From: Cenococcum geophilum
Taxonomy: Eukaryota
Assembly: GCA_050273025.1 (NCBI GenBank)
Contig: CP158635.1
Coordinates: forward strand, 12,462,001 to 12,526,000
Length of the DNA: 64,000 bases
Direction of reading: 5' to 3'
A model generated the notes under the pieces. That model was given only the letters and a program-made list of their open reading frames with translations, was not told the origin of the DNA and did not search any database. The translations under genes were made by a program, and so were the position numbers. Of the stretch, positions 24,727 to 36,355 are shown in pieces; the first letter of the stretch is position 1; every line of letters starts with the position of its first letter.

Positions 24727-26463
24727 TCATTCCGTCGCAGGCTTGATCTCCTTCTCTTCCTCCTTCTCGTTACTGTCTTTATTTCCTTCCTGAATAAGCT
24801 TTGGAACAAACGGCTTCATGTCACCTCCAAGCACACCGGCTGATACTTTATCATCTGCCGGAATATTCATATGCATGTCCCATACCTGGTTGATGTGCGT
24901 GTACTGATGATATCCATTCCGGGCAATCGGCGCCGCTTTCAGGACATCGAAAAGCTATTTCAAAACTGGTCAGCCTCAGAGATTCAGAAGACGAAAGGCT
25001 CAACTTACCCCATCGCCAGTGATATACTCGCCGCGCACATGGATCCCGAGTACCCTTCCGATCACGATATCCGAGTTACCAACAAGATGCGGGCCAAACA
25101 CGTCATCGCCATGCGCCTCATTCGCGACTCGAACAACCGAATGGACGCGGCACTCGAAGGCTACCGGGGCATCAGAAACGCGGGGGGGACGTACGAGCAC
25201 AGATTTCGCTTTCGTGATGTGCCCTTCTTCAAACTCGTCGTCCCAGGTCTCGAGAGCGGAAGAGTTGACATCTTCGCGCAGAGCGTAGGAAGGCATCAGT
25301 GATGTCAGCGGTTAGGTTAGGTTACAAAAATCAGGCCAAAACCGATCCAAAATTCGAATTTAGGCTACTAACCGGTTATGTAACCGGTTAAACCAGATCA
25401 ACCGGATAAGATATATAGATTTTGGAGTAATATAGTGTATAAAGCGGTAAAGGTGCTTAAGGAAGGTACAGAGGAGTTGTATAAAGTAATGAAATAGTAT
25501 ATAGAGGTCCTATAAAGCTTGCAGGATGTCAGCAGTGATATTGGCGATCAATAAGCAAATTAGAACGTCGTACTTACTATCGCGAGTCTTGGCATGGTGT
25601 TGAGCGACGATTAGTCGTTAATTATAAAACAATGAGGGCAGTATATAGGCAGTAATAAGGGTAACGCGATAAGGGCAGTAATAAGGGTAGTAATAATAAA
25701 GGCGACGCGTTATAGGTGACGTGATATAGGCGATGCGATGGGGATAACGCGGTTGGGATTAACCACCTTAACTTCATCAACTCCATCAAATTAACTATAT
25801 CTAATCGATCTGGTTATCTACAAAGCCTCTAACGGATTAACTCGGGCGTTGCTACACGGCAATTTTGAGCCAATAGACGAGGCTTGGCTCCCTTAGGTGA
25901 CGTTCGCCCTTACCTAAATCCTTACCACTAAGGCCTTACTGGTTCCTGGTTACCTGGTTATCGCTAAAGCTTCAGAACCGATCCAGATTAAGCCAATAAA
26001 ATCGTCTAACCGGTTAGGCTTTGAATTTTGGTATAACCGAACCGATCCAATAAAGTAACCTAACCAGTGACATCACTGGAAGGCATGTTCCAGACGAACT
26101 CGTTAGTCTCGATGCAGTTCATGACGGTGTCCTTTGAGCGCTTCTTATACAGCGATTGGTGGGCGATGAACCTGCAAATTCTCATCAGTCAAGTCTCTTC
26201 CCACTATTTTCCACTGACCAATCCCGTCTTGGGAACTAGGCTCGGAGCAATTTAAGGTGCTTAAATGACACTCACAAGATCGTTGGCGGATCAAAAGAAA
26301 CATTTGTGAACTGGCTAAACGGCGCCAAGTTATCCTTTCCATCTCTGCTCCTGGTACTAATCCAACCGATGGGACGCGGAACAACGAAGCTCTTGAAGGG
26401 GTCGTGAGGGAGACCGGATGTCTCGCCTTTGGCGGGCTGGTAGAAGAGATCGGCGTGGACCAT
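24727..26463 (-). CDS. Flavin reductase-like FMN-binding split-barrel protein, interrupted in exon 2 by a hAT element
   Basis: MVHADLFYQP..PHDPFKSFVVPRPIGWIST..NLAPFSQF..DPP, then intron GTGAGT..GCAG, FIAHQ..KDTVMNCIETNEFVWNMPS[insert]YALREDVN..PPRVSDAPVAFEC..IGRVLGIHV, then intron GTAAGT..TAG, LFDVLKAAPIARNGYHQY..TE*. Confidence 0.88.
25297..26078. mobile_element. Non-autonomous hAT-type element (782 bp) with perfect 8-bp TSD GAAGGCAT
   Basis: TIRs CAGTGATGTCA(GC/CT)GGTTAGGTTA (23 bp, 2 mismatches). TSD at 25289-25296 and 26079-26086. Repeated subterminal AACCGGTT/AACCGATCC motifs and a TpA-rich interior. Confidence 0.93.
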
Positions 26464-27284
26464 TTTGAGTTATTAAAGACGAATTGAGATAGACGGTATT
26501 ATATCAAAGGTTCGTGATTGAGTGAGGCAGTGTTGAGGCTTGGTTTATTGTGGCTGGTGATGATTTGCTTGACGGTGCTTGAATCCTTGAGGTTGGTGCT
26601 TGATTGGTTGAGAAGATGCTTCGGTTTACTGAAGATGCTGAGTTGATTGTTGATGATGGGCTCGAAAGCTGAGAGACCTCCATTGCTTTATACCATCTTC
26701 AACCTGACGCTTGATAATCTTTTAGCGCATCCGGCTTTTTTTCCAGGCTTGGTTTACAGTGCTGCAGCCACCCCTCGGGCCGCTGCAGCTGCCATATTAC
26801 TCAAACCCCTGCTCCCGGTAGCGTGGTTGGTGGTCGGTGGTGTTTTCATGATGATTAGTCGTGCATCTCCTCGGTAGCAGGGGTTTTGCTGCAGCTCATG
26901 CGCCCAATTGGGTTTCGCCTCGGTCTGCAACACCAAGTCGTCATCGCAAATCTTGCTGCATCAGTTTCCATGTATCGATTTTGGAAGGGAGTAGTTCGGT
27001 TATATCTCGTAATCGAATGTAGGCACGTCACGATGCCGGAGAGTTCCGATGAGAATAATCAGTGATATCTGTCGCGGAAGTCTAATAACCCATGCCTAGG
27101 CATGGATATCCTAGATGTATTGCAATGGAGAGTATATATATCTTGGAACTGCTTCTTTTGCCTTCAATACCACAGTCATACAATCTTTACAGCGTCAACT
27201 TTCCTCAACACCTCAACTAACAAGTCGAAAGAGCTGCCAGCTTATCCAAATATCTAACCTCTTCATAACTTCCATAATCCAAAC

Positions 27285-27818
27285 ATGTCCACCACAACCA
27301 CCACCCTCCTCACCTTCCCAACCCCCTTCACCCCAACCACACGCCTCCAACCCTCTCTCTCCTTCCTCGAATCCTATACCGCCCGCGTCGACTCCCTCGA
27401 CCTCTCCGCCCCCTCCACAACCTACTACAACCCCAACGCCACCTTCTACAACACTGACGGCACTGTCTACTCTGGTGGCGCCGCGATCTGGACCTGGATG
27501 CGCGGGCTCTTCGGTCCCTTCGCAGCCCTGAAACACAACATCCTCTCGATCCGCCTCACGCGGGATGTAGAGGTCGAGGGGGCGGGCAAGGGCGATTTAG
27601 TGGTATTGGAGACGGAGACGAGCTTTTGGTTAAAAGGAGCAGGTGGGATGAGACAAGAGGAGCCGGTGGTTGTGCCGCGCTTGCTGAGTTTTTTGGTGGG
27701 AGAGGCAGAGGAGGGGTTAGGAACGCATGGGAGGTGGATTTCAGAGGGAAAGGCGTGGTGGGATAGTGGGGTTTTGATGAGGGAGATTGCAAGGAGAGGA
27801 GGGGAGGGTGGGAAGTGA
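27285..27818 (+). CDS. Hypothetical 177-aa protein, possibly SnoaL/NTF2-like fold
   Basis: Intact ORF with AACATG start context and strong codon bias. Pattern FLESYTARVD..YYNPNATFYNTDG..GGAAIW.WM..LF..WWD is typical of fungal SnoaL-like proteins. Divergent from the flavin reductase. Confidence 0.7.
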   Translation: MSTTTTTLLTFPTPFTPTTRLQPSLSFLESYTARVDSLDLSAPSTTYYNPNATFYNTDGTVYSGGAAIWTWMRGLFGPFAALKHNILSIRLTRDVEVEGAGKGDLVVLETETSFWLKGAGGMRQEEPVVVPRLLSFLVGEAEEGLGTHGRWISEGKAWWDSGVLMREIARRGGEGGK

Positions 27819-28102
27819 GGGATTCTGCATGAGAGCGCTGGTAGAGAGGAGGAATGCCGAGAATGGGAGAAGATGAGAAAGCCCAGGTTGCACGGTCCAG
27901 ATCACGAGAACATAACTCTCTCAAGTGCCAATATATTATACAGCTAGGTGCTATAAAAATGGAATCAATATACAAGACTTGAAAAGGAATAAGTCGAGGT
28001 AGAAGCAGCGAAGCCATACAATACATATCATCAGGCCCACTCGATACCTGAGCTTAATTGATTAGTCTTGCGTGACCGTTGACTAGAACAGCGGAAAGGG
28101 GT

Positions 28103-29188
28103 TTACGTGCCACTTGCCCCATAACGATACCACCTTTGCTGTGCTTCGCTCCATCTCCAGCCACCTGATGTATTGTTAGGAGGTGGTGGAGCTTCCAGTG
28201 CTCGGGTTAGCTCTTGCGTCCTCCTTTCTGTTTCAATACGATTCTCTGCCCTGCGCTGTTGAGCAGCGTCTTCTGTCTGCCTTGCCTCATCTGTAATGAA
28301 AGTCAGAGCAGAACTTGGAGCCAAGACCGTCGTACGTGTACAAGGAATAAATCTGCAGGCATACCCTTCCCAACAGGGTTTATGGTTAGGAGGAAAAATT
28401 CTGGATTTTTTAGCAGAATTTCTTTCCCAAGTACAACCATTTCACCAAGAACCACATCGAACGTGGCATCTTTAACAACTAGGAAACGGTCGTCGAAGCT
28501 TTTAGAACTTCTTTTATCCGGTAAATTGAAGGTCCATGTGGCATAGATTTGATAAGCAGGCCGGAGCTGTCCGGTGCCCATATTGAAGTCTGGTCCGTTG
28601 TACCTCTCAAGCTTATGACCGAGAATTAATGCCTTCTCCTCGGACATGAAGTTTGCATCTGATCCAACATCCAACCTTGCGCGCATGAATTTATCTTGAC
28701 CTCTGTGATCCTTGACTATTATATCGCGAACCATTGTACTCGTAGAAGTGTCGCTTAGACTTCTGGGGGCCCCTGGCCTCTCAGCAGAGTTATTCATGGC
28801 CATGTTTTCCTTGTTACGACTTTCGTAGGAGGAAGAACTACCATAATGGGGCCTTGATGAAGAATGTGTAGAGTTAGCTGTAAGAACATTCCTATCGGAG
28901 TATATTTTGAAGGATGAAAAGGCAGAGCACTTTGACGCATTCACATTATACAACGGTCATATAAAATAATGAAAATATAGCTCTTTACCTTGAATTAAGT
29001 GTTCGGGTAATCGCTTCAGGTTGGGTCGACTGTGAAGGTTGAGCCACCTGGGTAGACGGCGAAGGTTGTACAGGCTGGCTGGACTGCAAGGATTGCTTTG
29101 CCCAGTGATATATGAGCGAGGCGCCATTATTGCTAACATAGTAATAATCCATATGAGTATCACTCCATATCCAACCTTTATCAGCCAT
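28103..29188 (-). CDS. Retropepsin-like (retroviral-type aspartic protease fold) protein, ~290-304 aa; exons 29188-28989, 28891(or 28852)-28365, 28290-28103
   Basis: ARLDVGSDANFMS..LG..YNG..F..GTG..P..I.ATWTF..FLVV..FDVVLG is a retropepsin pattern. Both introns (GTAAAG..AG; GTATGC..CTGAC..CAG) keep frame. WxWS..YY-like motifs occur at both termini, with a charged helical segment before the last. Confidence 0.75.
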
Positions 29189-29368
29189 TTTCGAAGAGAA
29201 ATGATAATCTGACCAGACAAGGCTGAGACGGACGTATACCGGTTTTAACGCCCTTTCAATCGTATTGGCTTGGCTTGGCCTGGCCAGGCTGAACCGTCCA
29301 ATAAGTTCGAATTAGAAAGAAGTAGAAAACCAATACGTGACCGAAGTGCCCGCTAAGAAAGCTAGAGA

Positions 29369-30347
29369 ATGGTAGAGAAACAGACGGGCTATCCTGGCCT
29401 GGCGAAGGTGATGGGGCCGCACCCTGGTATGGCTCTGTTCAAGCGATTCGCTGTGCTGAACGCGCGGAACCTCCTCTACATGCAGGCTGAACTCATCGAC
29501 CTCGAGCTGCAATTCGATATCTTGACGTCGCAAGATCATACCTCCAGTGATCCGCGACGACGAGCCTTTGCGAAGGAATTCCTGAAGCTCAGCGAACCGT
29601 TGGACGGCCTTCAGGCGCAACAGTGGCAAAAGGCTCTCGAGATTCGGGAAAAGTTGAAGGAGTACAGTAAGCTGTCACTCGGGCTCAGCGTGTCTATTTA
29701 ATATTACACTGACGGATGGAGCGGATGCTGCATTGTTGCAGCAAGCAGAGGTGAATGCGCTTCCTGGCGCAAATCAGTACGACCTCGGAATCTTACGTCA
29801 ATGGCTTAAACATCTTTCTGGTGGAGCGGGGTTTCTCTGCGGTCTAGAGGCAGCACCATGGCGGGACGGTGATGGAGACGACTTGGTCGCCGTTTCTACA
29901 AGCTTGAGAGAAAACCTCGATGTTATCACTCGGTTGACGGCGGAGAAGCTCGTGCCATGGCTTCATAAGAGGGGAACACACCGTTGGAGGGTTGGCCTCA
30001 CCTTCAATATATCCCTCCTATTTCAGACTGACACCACTGCATAGACTCCCCTTCCCGGCCACGAAGAGGTAGGACTCGTTGAGTGGAAAGATGCACATTT
30101 TTTTAGGTTGTCACGAGTTCTTAGCGTCATCATCTCGACCTTGTTTCCCTTCATTGCCGTTCTCGTGCTGTACCTGATTCATAATCTAGCTTCACGGCTT
30201 GGGGCCGTTGTAGCCTTCTCCTTCCTTTTTTCGACTGCATTGGCTATCTTTACAAATGCGCGGCCTGTTGAGATCTTTGCTGCAACTGCGGCGTGTGCAT
30301 CTGTTCAAGTGGTTTTTGTAAGCAGCACTAACACTGCCGGAGGATAG
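29369..30347 (+). CDS. DUF6594-type protein with C-terminal transmembrane helices (~289 aa); exons 29369-29666, ~29722-29990, 30045-30347
   Basis: GYPGLAKVM..LFKRFAVLNARNLLYMQAELIDLE..QWQKALEIREKLKEY..LRQWL..DLVAV..RLGAVVAFSFLFSTAL..EIFAATAA..VQVVFVS is the characteristic family pattern. The intron 1 acceptor is non-canonical. Confidence 0.85.
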
Positions 30348-30938
30348 CAGACTCATCGAGGTACTAAATTGATACCGAGCATCCATGGTGGCCCACACCT
30401 CTTTCCACTTGTGGTTATTTACCATAACGCATACATAAAATGTAGATTGAGGAAGAAGGATTGTTACGAGACTGTGGACTTCGTATTCCTGCTGAACTAT
30501 TATAATATAAACCTTAATTACAATATCTGAATGTACTACCGAAACAAGGCGGTATCGCAAAGCTAAAAATTCCGTAAGGCAACCACAATCAAACCATTGT
30601 ATCGCTCATCAATTGATAAGTTTGCGGCCAAGGTATCAAAAAGGAAGACTAACTGCTCAGTTCCTCCTCGAGGGAAGCACTTATGGGAGTACCCACCAAT
30701 ACGCTGCGGGCCCAATTCGAAAACAAAAGAAAGCCAAGCAGTGGAAGCAGCGGCAATTGTAACATTACGCTGGATACAGCATAGGGCAACATTCAGGGAC
30801 TCAACACCAAGCGTGTGTTAATAACAAGCACCTGAAATATCTCACCTGCTAACGGCAGGAAGACCAACTCAGCTCTCCCAACGGCCACCCCAACTCATTC
30901 ATGTAAATGCCAGTTTTTACTCTCCCACTACTATCACC

Positions 30939-32682
30939 TTATTTCATAAGTAGTGAGTTTTTGCCCGCGCCAGAAAGCGAAAATCTCTTTACCTTGCCAG
31001 ACTCATCGAAAAGATGCGGGTTCTCCTTGAAAACGTCATCATTCATCAACATCGCAGAGGTCTCGTTGAGCTCACTCCTGATTCTTTCCGTGAGTTCTTT
31101 CACAGTCTCTGAAGAACAGTTGTTGGACATGTAAGGACTTCCGGGAGGGGTTGTTGAGTCCTTTGATCCTGCTGTTTGCATTGCGTTATCGTCCAACATC
31201 ATCACAATATCGTCCGTTTTTGGGAAGGGATATTTCTTCCTAGGAGTGTCCGGCTTCGCGTTGTAGCCTTTCTTCCTCATATTCTTTTCCACTTTCCTGA
31301 AATATTGCTTCTTTGGCCTCCCAAGTAACTCTTTCTGATCTTCATTTAGAGCATACAAATTCAGATATTTCCAATCTTCGGAGGAGAGGACTTGAACAGG
31401 TATAACGACTTTCTCTTTGCCACATTTGCTGATCATGTCAGTACCTTTTCCGTCTTTTAAATCTTTTCCAACAGTGTTTTCTCCAATCACTACAACTTCG
31501 CCTCTGAAAACGCCTTCCAACTTGCCCGCAATTTCATATCCAGATCCTTGGGCCCACGTCCTGAGGGTAGTGCCATGATCCAAGAACAGAGCCAAAAGCT
31601 CTGCCATTCCACTTTCGCCGCGCTTCTTCGCTTCTGCCTCTTGCCGCAGCGGGCGGACAACCGTCGCCTGAAACACCGCTAGCACATCAGCGGGGTGCCG
31701 ATTGTGGCGTTTTGCGAAACCAATGTGATCAAAGGAGGCAAGAAGCTCGTGCGACAGGTCAAAGTACTCGCTCCTTTCCCAAGGCGTCCAGTTTTGGGTC
31801 TTCAAACTGAATGGGATCAGTTTGGGTAGATCATAATCCAGGGTACCAAGAGGTGAAACTGTCCTCGAAGATTCCCATATGGATGGCGTGGACGGGTTAG
31901 CCATGAAAGGACTGACTAAATTCTTCGAATTTGGAGCAGGGGTTAAAGTCACGCTTTTGGGAGGTCCCATGGAGGCGGGTTTGGTAGGTGAATGCCTAGA
32001 TGGTGTCGGTGGCGGTGTCTTGAAAGCAAGCCCTGGATCCGTCGTCGCTGAACTAATCTGAGCAACCTGCGTCACTTGTGCATCTCTGCCGCTTCGAGAC
32101 TTGCGGGGCTGAGGAGACACATCACGCTTCCGGCGCTGGGGGACCGAAGAGGCGGGGCGATGTGTTGGTGTGTCAGGCTCGTTTTGAAGATGGGATAACA
32201 TGTGACCAAAAGAAGTCGTTTGAGGAGTTCTTGGGGTTCTGATATGTCTCGGTGATGTAGTGAATGACATGGAACTCGGCTCATCGCTTGTCAGATCAAT
32301 GACCTCGACATCAATCCCAAAAACGCTATCTGGGGAGAAGCATATTTCAGACTTGCGAAGCCTTGGTGGGGTTTTCACAAGATCTAATAACGGAGACTTG
32401 TTGAAGCGTTTTTGTCTTTCAACCGATGGCGAAGGTTGTGGTGGGTTAACTGATTCTTCACATATTAGATATTGCAAAGGGCCAAAGGTGCAGAGCAGCA
32501 GACTTACGAGGTTCAAAAACCTTTGTTGCATCTGCCGGTTGAACGGATTTCGTCTCAAGGGGGTTGCTAAGCTCTTTTTTGTCGGCTAGAGTGTCGGCGG
32601 GCTCGCTGTTCACTGCATCCTCAGGCTGCATGCCAAAAGATCCGCCAGTGATGAAAGTAGTGGAATTGACTTGGTCCCCCAT
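30939..32682 (-). CDS. Hypothetical protein (~563 aa), S/T/P-rich N-half and SHD1-like segment; exons 32682-32508, 32455-30939
   Basis: Intron GTAAGT..TCTAAT..AAG joins the 32682 ATG frame to the long ORF in frame. LRTW..G..IAGKLEGV..G.V..KVVIPVQVLSSEDWKYL resembles the Sla1 homology domain 1 pattern. Confidence 0.7.
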
Positions 32683-35600
32683 TTTGTCGTGCTTCTATGA
32701 TGGGCGGAGGAAGTCGTGGAGATGAACGAGTCATGGTGGAGTTGGAACGGAAGCGTAGTGAATAGCATTGCAACCTGCCGAGTCGTGGCGGTGAATGCGT
32801 GGAAGTGAATTGAAGTGAAACACTAGAATTGCTTGATGCCACGGAAACCCGTTGTTGGCGAAGAGGGTCGAAAGAAAGTACTTTCGAAGTTATAGCTTGC
32901 CATGTCGGGCCCTTGGTAGCGGGTTTAATATCAATATCAATAGATTGTTAAAGTAGGATATAGAGTCATTAGACAAAGTGGGATATAGACCGTGTTGTAA
33001 ATATTGTGAACAAGTCCGAGTGTTTATGATATCTTCTAGAATGAGTTGTGGAATTCTGTTTACCTAGACTACAATACTTCTACTGCCCATAGACCACTGA
33101 GTTGACAAGTTTCTTCATCATGACGCTTAGATAAACAAATCCCTGATCTAGAGAACCATTTAGTAACCAGATCTATCTCGATTACAAATGCTCCACTTTC
33201 AAACTCTATGTTGAAATGGTCTAGCTGGCGTCAGCCTTCGTGAGACCTCCAATGGTTGTTCTTCTAGCCAGTGATTTACTTCTCCTACGCCGAATAGTGA
33301 GCTCTGGGGTTTCCTACTATTAAGCGGGATGGGCAGGGAAAAAAATTGTTGCATGGCTTTAGAATAGGCAATACCATGCCTGTAAAATGCATGTACCATC
33401 CCCAAGAGCCGCCAACTGCCGATGGTCAGGCCTCCAATCGGCTCGAGAGGATAAAGAAAAATAGTATATGATTCAGAGCAAGCTCCAAGAGAAACCAATT
33501 AAACAGACGAACAAGTGTCATTATCCACCCTCCAACTCCAGCCGAGCAAAGCCAACTTTGATGGCAAAAACAATAAGGAATGTAATACATCTTTTCGCTT
33601 TATAGCAGCTCAGTGGAACTCCTTAGCGAAGTGGTCGGCTCAGGGGTAGTTTTGAAATGCTTGACGATACAAAGACAACTTTATAGTAATGAAAAAGCCG
33701 ATCCTAGCAATGCGAGCCTTTTGTCCGCCGGAAAGTCTTCCTTGATCACCGCAACGAACAAGATACTGGAATGTTGGACAAGGAGTGATGAGCTACTGCT
33801 GCTAGGAGGTCTGAGTAAAGGCATGTAGAAGGTGCATCTGACCGTTGAGACGAGAGAGAAGTCTGTTGATGACCTAGGCGATCGCAACCTACCTTGGGAG
33901 CCCTGGATAAACCAATTTTGCAACTGGCCAATAAGGGTGAAGTCTCTCTCAGCTACATCCTGTCCTCAAACTACTCATACTCCGCCCTCTGAAGTGGCCC
34001 CAAAGCTTCCTTTTCCCTAAGTAGGCGCGCCTTTTCAATCACTACGCAGCGCCGTCAACCTCAGCTGGAAGCCCCTGCGGCAGTCAGACTCTATATTGGG
34101 CCGACGTTTCAGCAGGCCGGGTATATGGGACATCTCGCTTGGCAAGCGGGGAGCAATCTATATAGCGGAAAGGGCGGAGAAGGATCACCAGCAAAGCCAA
34201 GGAAGGATTACTTATTTGGGCTGCAGCTCTCAGTGGTGCCTATCCAAGCCCCCGATTCGTGTAGGCACTCATACCGGTACACGACTCGTTCCGGATTATT
34301 TTGTGCCTCATTCCGGAACAGATCGTCCTCGTGCATCGCTTTGATTGTTTGGATTTCGGATCAATTGCCTCATTCCAGAATATCTTTAACTACACAACAT
34401 GCCAAACAACCTCCAAATTGATGTCGGATTACCTTGATTACGGGCGCTCCATTGGCTACGATTTGGGGCCTTTTGGACGTTCTTTGGGCGTCCTTTGTGA
34501 GCCGATTTCAAGCGATTCGCGGGACCTTGACTCGTGTAGGACGGCTTGGCTCTACAATTACTTTAATTGGGCCTAGCTCAGGGGTTATCTATTTCGTAGT
34601 GAGTCGTTTATTCTGGAATACACGACATTGTTCCGTATTAGAGCGGTTTTTCTGGCAATCCTGCTACGGCACCTGCCCGAATGGACAAGGCGCTTTGATC
34701 TTACCCTTGCTACCCTCCTGCCCACCCCTTGTACGAGGCTTGCACAGTAAAATGAGGCGGCTTGCTTAATTCTTGCCAAGCAGGTGGATGGTCAATACAC
34801 TTGCCGTATAAGGTGTAGTTAATTGGGTAGTGCCCGCGGCGATGAGGCTATTTGAACCTCGCGGGGGCGCGAGGTAGTCGCGACGACGCGACCGCGGAAG
34901 ACGCGTCTTCCTTTTCTATCACCGCCTTGTATTTTAATGACCTCCTATCAAGCATCTGAGCGGCTAGATACCGATTGCACCGGGGTGAGGTTTGTGAGTT
35001 CGGTTAAGGCACCAGAGCAGAAATTATTAATTAGGCCTGCACCATTAAAACACAAACCAAATTAACTAAAAAAGGTATGAATATAATAGCAAAGACCTTG
35101 CTTTAGCCCTGCAAAATATAGATAATGATAAAAAATGTCTTTGTTGTGGATATGTTGATGGCAATTCAAATTTGGTGGGTGTGGCAAGACCGCACTCACA
35201 GACCTCACCCCGGTGATTGTAATGGCAAATTCGAGTCAGCAGGAGCCTCAAGCACGAGGATCAGGCGCCCGAACGCCACCTCCTCTATCACTGAAACTCG
35301 GCTTTGATTTGCCATCTAAAGAAGTGGCTCATTGATTCGGGCGTTATACACGAAGGAGGCTTTGATACAAAACCACCAAACACGTCAGATTCGGGCGACG
35401 AGGCGAGATCGCGATGAGACGCTTGATATCAGATGAATTGGGTATAGTGCAATTGTAAGGAACCCTTGTGTATAACCTCAATCGACGGCATCCTTTTACT
35501 AACCAGCATACTACCTATATGCGGCAGGTGGTTTGACGATCCTCATTTTCCAGAAAAACCGCTCTATTAAGGCAGAAATAATCCGGAACAAATCATATAC

Positions 35601-35740
35601 CGTTATTGGGCAGAACAGGCACACTAAGATCAAGCCCATCGGCGGTTCCTGCGGACCTGCAGTCCTGTCCAGAACTGCCCATCAAAGACGAGAGACGCCA
35701 CAACATAAGCTATTACCAATTATATAATTAAGGTAAAGAA

Positions 35741-35782
35741 AATGTAGGAGTAATGTAGGAGTAATGTAGGAGTAATGTAGGA
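35741..35782. repeat. 11-bp tandem repeat (AATGTAGGAGT) x ~3.8
   Basis: Read directly. Confidence 0.9.
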
Positions 35783-36355
35783 ATATACGATTCGTCCTAC
35801 GACGACGAAAGAAGATAACTTGTATAAAAGATGTCTGGGGTCGGCCTATCCCCAAAGCGGAACGCCTCTTCCCAAATTCTTCAACGGTCTGTATCATATC
35901 GCAGCCACCCAGCCCCATAACACACAAGCCTCTTCCACCCCTCGCAACCACGTTGTCTATCAATCTCGAGCCAGGACCGAGCCGCGTAAAGATGGATGCG
36001 AGGATGCTGCAAGTGATACTCATATTTAGAATGACCCCGCGTCCCGTTTCCAGGTCGCGATGTGAGTTTAATTCTCTTCCTGACTCAGGATGAAGTCTAT
36101 GTCAACCACGCTTGTTTCTTCACAGCACAATTTGCTGTCCGTTGAACTATATTCGATATTTGTTTTGAACATCAACTGCGCCGCACTAAATCCTTAGATT
36201 ACCCCCTGAATGCCTCTTTAGCTCAGGGACTACATAGTCTTCGTATACAGCGAGCCTAGGTGGACCGCACAGCAGCCCTTGCGCTTGTGCAGCGCTGCAC
36301 ATATATTAAAGTCTGACAGCAGCCATCCTTCACTAACACATCTTTCGTCACACAA

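Noticed and set aside
25309..25325. Telomere-like GGTTAGGTTAGGTTA
   Set aside because: TTAGG rather than TTAGGG, only three units, and part of the hAT TIR.
33613..34770. Same-frame ORF pairs separated by a single TAG (33613-34020; from 34420)
   Set aside because: No recognisable domain or splice model; could be decayed genes but unsupported.
35100..36030. Short ORFs and an intron-like GTAAGG..ACTAACCAG upstream of the amidase
   Set aside because: No consistent reading frame or known motif could be assembled.
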